Assembly: GCA_049280175.1 (NCBI GenBank)
Contig: JBAPPP010000103.1
Location: 1-43,938 of the forward strand
From: Rhodanobacter sp.
GTDB taxonomy: Bacteria; Pseudomonadota; Gammaproteobacteria; Xanthomonadales; Rhodanobacteraceae
Direction: 5' to 3'
DNA: 43,938 bases
Shown here piece after piece: positions 16,186-24,006 of this stretch. The notes below the pieces were generated by a model that worked only from the letters and a program-made list of their open reading frames with translations, was not told the DNA's origin and ran no database searches. Within the stretch, counting starts at the first letter, position 1. The number at the start of each line of letters is the position of its first letter. Made by a program: the position numbers and the translations under genes.

Positions 16186-17946
16186 ATGAACATCGTGATG
16201 GGTGAAGGAATCATCCAGCGAATGGCGCACGGCAGGTTCGCGCTGATGCTTGCCACCATTCACGACAGGATGACTCGGACCATCAGGTCATGCAGGCGAT
16301 GGGGATTGCTCATTGTTTTCGCGATGTGTTTCGTTTCGCCGATTGCTGCTTGGCAGGGGCCGCCGCAACCAGCAAAGCCGCACGAAGACATAAAGTCAGT
16401 ACAGGAGTCGCAGCAACAAGCGGAGTCTCCCCCACACATACCGCCAGCGGTCGTCGCCGGACCTTTGTCCAAGACGATGCCTTATTTGATAGGGATGCCC
16501 TACACGAATGCGTTAGGCATCTTGAGCAAGATGCAGTTTCCGCATCCCCGTCTCCAATACGCTCCTTCGAATCAGCCCGAGGGGGTTGTTGTCGGCCAGC
16601 AGCCGGCTGCATACGCCAATGTGAAAGGCGTAGAGATGGTCACTCTGCAAGTGTCCCGCGGTCCACTCCCCCCATCTGAGATGATGCCTTATTTGATAGG
16701 GATGCCCTACACGAATGCGCTAGGCATCTTGAGCAAGATGCAGCTTCCTCATCCCCGTCTCCAATACGCTCCTTCGAATCAGCCCGAGGGGGTTGTTGTC
16801 GGCCAGCAGCCGGCTGCATACGCCAATGTGAAAGGCGTAGAGACGGTCACTCTGCAAGTGTCTCGCGGTCCACTCCCACCATCTGAGACGATGCCGCCTT
16901 TGATAGGGATGCCTTACACGAATGCGCTAGGCATCTTGAGCAAGATGCAGCTCCCGCATCCCAGTCTCCAATACATGACTTCGAACCAGCCTAATGGAGT
17001 GGTCATTGGTCAAAGCCCAAGCCCAGGCACCGATATGCATGGCATAGCGGCGGTCAGTCTTCAGGTGTCCAGAATCTCCGACATTAGGGTCCCCGATGTT
17101 GTTGGATCGTCAGAATCCGATGCCACGGCTTCTTTCACACAGCTTCAACTGCACGCTGTTCCCCAGGGTGACGAGTCAAGTCGAAGGCAGCAGGGGCAGG
17201 TAACCCGCACTGAGCCGGTGTCAGGAACACTTGTACAGCCTGGCGCGACGGTCATGTACTGGTTGGCCTCGGGCAATAACGTCGTCCCCGATCTGCTCCG
17301 TCGTACGGTCGACGACGCACAGGTCATTTTAAAGAGAGCGGGTTTCCGGCCCGGGGGAGTTAGTTATAAAACCACGCCGGGGCCGGCCGGCCTTGTTATT
17401 GGCCAAGTTCCGAAGGCAGGATCGATTGCATCGATGAATTCGTCGATGGCGATAACGGTCGGCACACTGATACCTCCTCCTCCCATGCCGCATGTAGAAG
17501 GCATGACGCCGGATCAGGCCTCATCCACGTTGAACAAGGCCGGGTTCGCAACCGTCACGGTCGTGCACAAATTCCACCTTGCCATGCCCAATCGCGTGTT
17601 CCGCCAAGATCCGCAACCTTCAGCAGCCATCGACCCGAACACCAACGTGTCATTGGAGGTACCCAGCTTGACGGGGCTGGCAGTTTTTGCGGCTGGGCTG
17701 CTTGCCGGTGCGGGGGGCATCGGTGCAGGGCTATTGCGTGCCTACCAGGGACACCTGATCAACATCACGCGACGTCTGCTCCATATCAAGCCATCGCTCG
17801 GAGCAGGCAGCGAAACGCGCATCACACAAGGTCTGCCTCCGCAGATGGATGAGCCCGCGATCGCTCTTCGACCACGGCTGGAGGAGGGTGAGGTCATCTT
17901 TGATGGCCCCGTCTCGATCGAACGAAAGGAGATAAGCCATGACTGA
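16186..17946 (+). CDS. Membrane protein with six PASTA domains
   Basis: GGAGGAGG RBS before ATG16186. Hydrophobic segment WGLLIVFAMCFVSPIAA. Six repeats beginning MPYLIGM, MPYLIGM, MPPLIGM, VPDVVGS, VPDLLRR, MPHVEGM, most with G.V..Q.P..G...V.L.VS. C-terminal TM LTGLAVFAAGLLAGAGGIGAGLL, then a ~70-aa tail. Confidence 0.85.
   Translation: MNIVMGEGIIQRMAHGRFALMLATIHDRMTRTIRSCRRWGLLIVFAMCFVSPIAAWQGPPQPAKPHEDIKSVQESQQQAESPPHIPPAVVAGPLSKTMPYLIGMPYTNALGILSKMQFPHPRLQYAPSNQPEGVVVGQQPAAYANVKGVEMVTLQVSRGPLPPSEMMPYLIGMPYTNALGILSKMQLPHPRLQYAPSNQPEGVVVGQQPAAYANVKGVETVTLQVSRGPLPPSETMPPLIGMPYTNALGILSKMQLPHPSLQYMTSNQPNGVVIGQSPSPGTDMHGIAAVSLQVSRISDIRVPDVVGSSESDATASFTQLQLHAVPQGDESSRRQQGQVTRTEPVSGTLVQPGATVMYWLASGNNVVPDLLRRTVDDAQVILKRAGFRPGGVSYKTTPGPAGLVIGQVPKAGSIASMNSSMAITVGTLIPPPPMPHVEGMTPDQASSTLNKAGFATVTVVHKFHLAMPNRVFRQDPQPSAAIDPNTNVSLEVPSLTGLAVFAAGLLAGAGGIGAGLLRAYQGHLINITRRLLHIKPSLGAGSETRITQGLPPQMDEPAIALRPRLEEGEVIFDGPVSIERKEISHD
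16477..16990 (+). repeat. Near-identical 207-bp tandem repeat (about 2.5 copies) inside the PASTA gene
   Basis: atgcc...ttgatagggatgcc.tacacgaatgcg.taggcatcttgagcaagatgcag starts at 16477, 16684 and 16891 (period 207 nt = 69 aa). Confidence 0.95.
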
Positions 17947-18496
17947 ACTCAGCGGTTGTCAGGTGCGTGAACTGCTTCCGGGGCCTATTGAGCGCATGGA
18001 GGGTACGGTGAAGGATGAGCTTTGCCAGGACCCGGGCATCAGCAAGACCAGGCTTGCGTGGGGTTTCATCGGATCGGAAGCCACAGAGAGCATGCGCAGT
18101 GTGCTGGACTACGACGTGTTCGAACTGGTGGCGCATGGATGGTGCGTGGCGAAAGAGCTCCACGAATATACCGATCGCAATAAACATCCGCTGGGAGAAC
18201 GATCCATCGTGCATCTGGCTGAGCACGAGTTCGTGAAAGTCGTCCACCCCGTTCTGGACATCATGATTGGAAGCTACAAAAGCAGAACGCTGCGCTTCGA
18301 CCTGGAGCTCACGGCGCACTTCCGCGCCGCAGCGCTATCGATCTGCGATGGATATATCACCGGCGTCGGTGCCGGTGACGGCAACGTCATCGCGAAACTG
18401 AAGTACCACGATGTCACCCTGCACAGCCACCAGACCAGGGAGGTGCCGTATCCAGCACACATTGATTTCAAGGCACCAGGCCTGGCGATCGGCTGA
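17939..18496 (+). CDS. Hypothetical protein (185 aa) coupled to the PASTA gene
   Basis: AGGAG RBS; ATG overlaps the PASTA gene end by 8 nt; globular-looking sequence with no motif I recognise. Confidence 0.75.
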   Translation: MTELSGCQVRELLPGPIERMEGTVKDELCQDPGISKTRLAWGFIGSEATESMRSVLDYDVFELVAHGWCVAKELHEYTDRNKHPLGERSIVHLAEHEFVKVVHPVLDIMIGSYKSRTLRFDLELTAHFRAAALSICDGYITGVGAGDGNVIAKLKYHDVTLHSHQTREVPYPAHIDFKAPGLAIG

Positions 18497-18802
18497 TATA
18501 ACGATCGATGCAATATTTAGGATCGCACCAGCACTGTTCGGTACGAAGCGTAGCCGCGCCGTGCCAGTCGGCCCGCGCGGATACCCGATGCCACTGCAGG
18601 CGCCAGGCCGGTACCCTCATCTTCTGAGGCAGTCACTATCGGAGTTCCTGGATGACGTAGCACCGCTCACCCAGTAGTGAGGCGAGCGGGTACGCCGAAC
18701 CATGATTTCAGCATCAGGAACACAAGTGATCCCTGGTCCGTGCAAATCGCCGGGCGTCATTACCAGCAGCTTTCGATAGATCACCCATGCAGGTGAGCGT
18801 GA

Positions 18803-19228
18803 TCAAACGATCACGAGTTCGACATCGATGTTGCCGCGAGTGGCGTTCGAGTACGGACACACCTGGTGACCGGCGTCCACCAACTGTTTCTTCTGAGCAC
18901 TATCGAGGCCGGGCAGGCTGATCGAAAGCTTGACCGCGATACCGTAAGCCGCACCGCCGTCCGTCGGGCCGAGCAAGACGTTGGCGTCGATGGCGACATC
19001 ATCCGGCACTTTGAGGCCCAGCTTTGGTGCCACCGCCCGCATCGCGCCGATGAAGCAGGCAGAGTAACCGATGGCGAATAGCTGCTCGGGGTTGGTGCCC
19101 GGCTTGCCTGAGCCCGGTGAGCTGAGCGTGACGTCGAGCGCACCGTCGCTGGTCTTGCCTGCACCATCGCGGCCGCCTGTGGTGTGGGCTTCTGCGGTAT
19201 ACAACACTTTGTCGAGTTTCTTGATCAT
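18803..19228 (-). CDS. ohr: Organic hydroperoxide resistance protein (Ohr/OsmC family)
   Basis: LYTAEAHTTGGRDG, GTNPEQLFAIGYSACF, HQVCPYSNATRGNI. ATG19228 has better RBS spacing than ATG19234. Confidence 0.95.
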   Translation of the reverse strand: MIKKLDKVLYTAEAHTTGGRDGAGKTSDGALDVTLSSPGSGKPGTNPEQLFAIGYSACFIGAMRAVAPKLGLKVPDDVAIDANVLLGPTDGGAAYGIAVKLSISLPGLDSAQKKQLVDAGHQVCPYSNATRGNIDVELVIV

Positions 19229-19303
19229 GATCATTCCTTCAGATGGACTGGGAACGCGCTTCGACTTTTGGGACTTCAGCCATCCTGGCTTTATTTGAGC
19301 TCC

Positions 19304-20578
19304 TCACACAGCTTGCTGCGGATTGCGGGATCGGGCCCACTGATTAAGCCCGGCACACAAGACCAATAACGAACCGGTCACGAAAAACACTTCATGCAAG
19401 CCAATTCGTGCACCAATCAGGCCGCCGATCAGCGGGCCGACTACCTGTCCGGTGAACTGGGCCGACTGCAGATACCCCAGGGTCTTTCCAGAATGGTGTT
19501 CGTCGACCGAATGGCGAACAAGTCTTGCAATTGAGGGGAGCAACCCTGCGATTGTCATCCCCATGAGCCCACGCAAAAGAGCCAGTTGCCACCATTGCGT
19601 CACAAATGCCTGCGGCACCATCACCAGTCCTGTCGCCACGAGGCAGCCGATGATGACGTTCCAGCTGCCCACGCGATCGGCGAGTGCGCCAAGTCGCGCG
19701 GCGGTCAGCATACTACCCAGAGCGGACGATGCCATGACAATGCCAGCCGTGCGCGCGAGATGATCGGTGGGTACTCCAAGCTGTCCGATATACACCGTAA
19801 TGATGGGCTCGATTGACATGTTGGCTAACAGAACCATCATCGCGGTAAGCAGTAGCGTAATGATGACGTAACGATTAGATGTCGCCGACGATCCATCTTT
19901 AGAGGCAGCTCGATCTTTCGCATCGGACTCGCGATCAAAGTCCTCGCGCACCAGCAGAATGGTCGCGGCGGCGGCTACGGCGATCATCGCGCCGCCGACG
20001 AAAAACGTGCCGCGAATGCCAACCCATGCAGGTAGAAATCCGCCCACGAGCGGGCCGACGAGGTTGCCGGTTAGCGCGCCGGTGGACAGTAAGCCGAGCG
20101 CCCAGCCAGCGCGCATACGCGGCGCCTGGGTGCCGATCATGACAATGGACGCTGACGCATAGCCACCGACCAGCCCTGCAATCAAACGCAGAGCAACAAG
20201 TTCGACGACGCTATGGGCGATCCCTATCAGGGACATCACAATGGCCATGCCGATTGCCGCACGTACCAGCATGGGTTTACGCCCATATCGGTCGGCAAGA
20301 TGCCCCCAGATCGGGGCGGTTACAGCCGTGCCCAGGAACGTCGCGCCGAACGCGATGCCTGACCACTGTATGACCGCGGATGAAGACGTGACGCCCAGTT
20401 GCTGCACATACAGTGGCAGGAAGGGCAGCAACATGCTCAAACTGACCAGGGTTGTAAATGACCCGAACACGCAGACGGCGAGATTGCGCCGCCAGTACGG
20501 GGCGTTGCGCTCCGCATAGCTGAGCTTGCTGGATTCAAAGTCCGGCGAATGCGTGACTGGAATGGCCTGAGCTGACAT
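19304..20578 (-). CDS. MFS transporter, DHA1 / MdtG-like
   Basis: WRRNL, LPFLPLYVQQLG, WGHLADRYGRKPML (motif A), multiple TM segments. Start is 20578 or 20620. Confidence 0.9.
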   Translation of the reverse strand: MSAQAIPVTHSPDFESSKLSYAERNAPYWRRNLAVCVFGSFTTLVSLSMLLPFLPLYVQQLGVTSSSAVIQWSGIAFGATFLGTAVTAPIWGHLADRYGRKPMLVRAAIGMAIVMSLIGIAHSVVELVALRLIAGLVGGYASASIVMIGTQAPRMRAGWALGLLSTGALTGNLVGPLVGGFLPAWVGIRGTFFVGGAMIAVAAAATILLVREDFDRESDAKDRAASKDGSSATSNRYVIITLLLTAMMVLLANMSIEPIITVYIGQLGVPTDHLARTAGIVMASSALGSMLTAARLGALADRVGSWNVIIGCLVATGLVMVPQAFVTQWWQLALLRGLMGMTIAGLLPSIARLVRHSVDEHHSGKTLGYLQSAQFTGQVVGPLIGGLIGARIGLHEVFFVTGSLLVLCAGLNQWARSRNPQQAV

Positions 20579-20659
20579 AAACGATGCCTTGCTTGTAAAC
20601 GGCCACGCCGCAGTGACCATCAGAACCCTGAGGAGCCATTCACGGCCCGGATAACACAG

Positions 20660-20686
20660 CGGCTGCGCAGCGGGGCTGCGCAGCCG
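20660..20686. repeat. Perfect inverted repeat (12-bp stem, 3-nt loop) between the tautomerase and MFS genes
   Basis: cggctgcgcagc-ggg-gctgcgcagccg. Confidence 0.85.
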
Positions 20687-20693
20687 GATGGTT

Positions 20694-20930
20694 TCACTTC
20701 TTTTTCAACTGCTGCTGTTTTCGGAATTCGGCGACAGGCAATCCGCCCCAACCGAAATTCTCCATCTCGACTTCTTCAATAACGACAAACGTCGCTTCGA
20801 GTGGCTTGTTCAAGACGTCCAACATCAGCTGGCTAGCCCCCTTGATGAGGGCTGCCTTCTCTTCTTCCGTTGCAGCGTTGCGGCCCGGAGCCGAACCTTC
20901 ACGGGTGATCTGGATATTGATGATAGGCAT
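20694..20930 (-). CDS. 4-oxalocrotonate tautomerase family protein (Pro-1), 78 aa
   Basis: MPIINIQITREG...EEKAALIKGASQLMLDVLNKP...TFVVIEEV...FGWGG. AGGAG precedes ATG20930. Confidence 0.9.
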   Translation of the reverse strand: MPIINIQITREGSAPGRNAATEEEKAALIKGASQLMLDVLNKPLEATFVVIEEVEMENFGWGGLPVAEFRKQQQLKKK

Positions 20931-20952
20931 GATCGCTCTCCTGCGTAGCGTT

Positions 20953-20975
20953 GGGGCGGGCTGTGCGCCCGCCCC
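20953..20975. repeat. GC-rich hairpin (9-bp stem) between the SDR and tautomerase genes
   Basis: ggggcgggc-tgtgc-gcccgcccc. Confidence 0.8.
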
Positions 20976-20983
20976 AGGAGTCA

Positions 20984-21694
20984 TTAGTGACCGGCGCTCT
21001 GGCCGCCATCGACATGAAGGATTTCGCCCGTCACAAAACCGGCGGACTCGAGGTAAAGAACGGCCTCGACGATATCGGTGGTCTCGCCCATGCGATTCAC
21101 CGGATGCAGTCCAGCCAAGGCCCCGTGCGTCTCTGGCGCGTGCATCGGTGTCTTGATGATGCCCGGCGACACGGCATTCACACGGATGCCACGCTTGGCG
21201 TACTCGATGGCCAATGACTTGGTGGCGGCATTGAGGCCGCCCTTGGTGAGCGAGGCAAGCACAGACGGGACACCGTCGATCGCATGGTCGACCAGGCTTG
21301 TGGTGATGCTGACCACATGGCCGCTACCCTGCTTTTCCATCTCCGCGACCGCGAATTGCGTGGCGTGGAAGAAGCCGTTGAGGTTCACCGCAAGAGTGCT
21401 GGCGTAGTCTTCCGTGGTGTAGCTGGTAAACGGCTTTGCAATGAAGATCCCGGCGTTATTGATCAAGGTATCGATACGACCGAAGCGGGCCATGCCTTCC
21501 TTGATCATGCGCTCGGCGACGGCGCGATCCGAAATATCGCCGGCAATCGCCAAGATATCGGGATCGCTTGACGGCTTGATCGAGCGCGAGTTCGCAACGA
21601 CCCGATAGTCGCGGTCACGAAATGCCTTGACCAGGCCCGCGCCAATGCCTTGCGACGCGCCAGTAATGACGACAACTTTGCGTTGATTGTTCAT
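20984..21694 (-). CDS. Short-chain dehydrogenase/reductase
   Basis: TGASQGIG, NNAG, IRVNAVSPG, TGEILHVDGG; the active-site position reads ASLTK instead of YxxxK. Confidence 0.93.
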   Translation of the reverse strand: MNNQRKVVVITGASQGIGAGLVKAFRDRDYRVVANSRSIKPSSDPDILAIAGDISDRAVAERMIKEGMARFGRIDTLINNAGIFIAKPFTSYTTEDYASTLAVNLNGFFHATQFAVAEMEKQGSGHVVSITTSLVDHAIDGVPSVLASLTKGGLNAATKSLAIEYAKRGIRVNAVSPGIIKTPMHAPETHGALAGLHPVNRMGETTDIVEAVLYLESAGFVTGEILHVDGGQSAGH

Positions 21695-22070
21695 ATTTTT
21701 TATCTCTCAAGAATTAAGGGGGAGGGAACCGCTGTATTGCCAGTCGGGGCAACGGCTCCGACAGCCGCTAATCTAGGCGCGTCAAGCGGAATAGCGAATC
21801 CCTGTCATTCGGCAGACACTCTTCCGCGCCGCAGTGGAATCAGCGGCTCTGGCTGTGCCGCGGCTTCCCTGGCCCATCGTGCAACTGCGCGCGAGGACGG
21901 GGCAATGCGAAGTCAACAAAGGCACGTACCTTCGGTACGGCAAGACGCCTTTATGGTGTAACAAGATGAACTGGAATGGGGCCAGGACAGGCAAGAACGG
22001 CTCGGAGTGATTTGAGCCGGCCAAGTTGGCGTAGTGCAATTCAGATGGGGAAGGCTCCCTCCGTGCTGGC

Positions 22071-22104
22071 AAAAAAATACGGCCGCACAGGCGGCCGCTT
22101 TTTT
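22071..22104. terminator. Bidirectional intrinsic terminator-like hairpin
   Basis: A7-ta-cggccgc-acag-gcggccg-c-T6. Confidence 0.7.
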
Positions 22105-22261
22105 CGTGGTGCGCCTGGCGTGCCGCCTAGCGCAGCAATGGTCTCGGTTCTTTTCGTCGTGGTGACACTAAGAGCGGCTCAAAGAGAAAAGCCCATGCCC
22201 GTTGGATGGCTACAGCATAGCCGTCGGGTCCAAGGTCAATGAATGAGCTGGCTGCGTGCGC

Positions 22262-22690
22262 TTAAGCGATCGAAATACGTGGGTCGAAATCGAACTCGAG
22301 TCTGATGCCACCCGGTTCGTACATCATTGTGTGCCGCTTGGGTCCTTCGCCCTGGTTCTCTGGTGCAAACTCAACCACGACGCCTGGCCACGCAGAGATC
22401 CGCGCGAACAACTCCTGGAGTGCTTCCTCGCTGCCTACTCGCAAAGCGAGGTGGTGCAATCCGACGCCGGTCTTGCGGTCGAACTCGACATAGTTGTCTG
22501 GGTTAGTGACTTGCCACAGCGTCAAGGTGATGCGTCCATCGGATACAAACGCGGCTGGGTAGCTGGGGCGCTCTCCGACCTGGGTCCAGCCGAGTCCGTT
22601 GATGAAAAAATCTCGCGTGACGTTCAAGTCGCGAACGGTCAGTCCGATATGGTCAATGCCGCTAGTTAAGGGTTGGCCGCTCATGGTCAT
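22262..22690 (-). CDS. VOC (glyoxalase/bleomycin resistance) family protein
   Basis: GIDHIGLTVRDL...FF...LGW, GLHHLALRV, YEPGGIRLEF. Confidence 0.9.
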   Translation of the reverse strand: MTMSGQPLTSGIDHIGLTVRDLNVTRDFFINGLGWTQVGERPSYPAAFVSDGRITLTLWQVTNPDNYVEFDRKTGVGLHHLALRVGSEEALQELFARISAWPGVVVEFAPENQGEGPKRHTMMYEPGGIRLEFDFDPRISIA

Positions 22691-22820
22691 GGTTTCCTTT
22701 CAGATTCAATCAACGGTTCGGTACCAGCTGGGATGACTATCGTAATGCTGGGCACGCGGATCCACTCTCTTGCCGATCGGGGGCGGCTCTGACGGCAGCT
22801 GAATTCAGCGGCAATGATCG

Positions 22821-23015
22821 CTAGAGGTCTCCTGGGTAGGGAGAGATGTAGTCGATCTCCTTGATGTTTGACGCGTCGTGTTCGTGAATGACGACGGTGA
22901 CGAACTTAGGATCGGCTCCGAGCGTTACTTCCGTTGCCTCGGTGAGCTCGCGCATGAGCGAGTGCTTTTGCTCAGGCGACAAGCCTCGCTTGATATGGCA
23001 CTGGATAAGCGGCAT
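22821..23015 (-). CDS. caaD2: Tautomerase-superfamily protein resembling the beta subunit of trans-3-chloroacrylic acid dehalogenase
   Basis: PLIQCHIKRGLS...K..L.R.......LG.DPK...V...EH...N matches my recollection of CaaD beta (PFIECHIATGLS...GSDPK...EH); Pro-1 present. Confidence 0.72.
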   Translation of the reverse strand: MPLIQCHIKRGLSPEQKHSLMRELTEATEVTLGADPKFVTVVIHEHDASNIKEIDYISPYPGDL

Positions 23016-23051
23016 GGCATGTTCTCCGGCTAGTTGGGAATCAGGTGTCGC

Positions 23052-23246
23052 TCAGGATTTGACGTAGTCCGGCAAGTGATGCCCGTTCTCCACGAAATCG
23101 ATACCGCGGCTCTCATGGATGACCATGAATATGTTGTCGCGCGATTCGCCGGTGGCCTTGCTGACCACGTCGAGCAGAGCGGATGCCAGTAGGCGTTTTT
23201 GATCGTCAGTCCGGCCGTTGCGCATGTCTATGGTGAGAATAGCCAT
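23052..23246 (-). CDS. caaD1: Tautomerase-superfamily protein resembling the alpha subunit of trans-3-chloroacrylic acid dehalogenase
   Basis: GGAGA RBS before ATG23246. AILTIDMRNGRTDDQKR...ATGESRDNIF.VI.E..GI.FVE.G.HLPDYV, with Arg8, Arg11 and Glu52 (numbered after Met removal) at the CaaD alpha catalytic positions. Confidence 0.78.
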   Translation of the reverse strand: MAILTIDMRNGRTDDQKRLLASALLDVVSKATGESRDNIFMVIHESRGIDFVENGHHLPDYVKS

Positions 23247-24006
23247 GGTGGTCTCCATGTAGTGAGAGGGTGAACGATTGCCTTGAGCCCGCTTGCGAAA
23301 TAGCACCCGCTGCTACTCGCCGTTGCTGCGGGCATTCTGACCACTCTAGGCGCGTGGTCCGCGCTCGCAAAGATGCGCCAGCGGCAATCAGTCTTCCGCC
23401 AAGTGAAAGAATGATCGGTCGAGCTATAAGCGGGTAGCGCCTCCAACGAGGCGAAGAGCAACCCTGCCCGAAAACAGGGGAGGTGGCACGCCGTAATCCT
23501 GATCCACGAGCCAAGCGCAGTAAGAATACTGAGCACGATCATCAGATCGTGCATCGTGAATTCTTTCAGTGAACGTATGTTTGGTTTCGGAAGTTCGATG
23601 TGCATAGCGTGCTCCGGTACCAGAGGGTCACCAGGCCGGTTGGCTCTGATCAGACGTTGACTGATCGGGCGACGCGCTGGTGGTGCATGCAACTGCTCAG
23701 CCACAGCATCTGAAGCAGGGCACCGCGCTTGCTCAAAAATAGAGCTACTTGAGTGCGTTAGTTGCTGAGCTCCCCCTTGCAGGGATGCTAGATCGACAGC
23801 GCCGACCCATAGCACCCCGGACCCCGGACCACCGGGGATGGGGTAGTTGCGGATGCCCTCGCAGTGGCGTATTCATGGGAACTCGGCGGCATGATGTACC
23901 CCATCAGGTGGACATCCAAAGCGGTTTGATCAAACCCGCATGGGATATGGATAACTAAGGACGCGGTGATTGCCTGCCTGGCCGCGGCAAAGCCTCAGGA
24001 GGTTCC

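Noticed and set aside
16477..16990. Direct repeats as a CRISPR array
   Set aside because: The units are 207-bp contiguous in-frame coding repeats with no unique spacers and no cas genes.
18497..18802. Possible hydrolase C-terminal remnant (…PMPLQAPGRYPHLLRQSLSEFLDD) or island boundary
   Set aside because: Similarity too weak to support by eye; no att site, tRNA or direct repeat seen.
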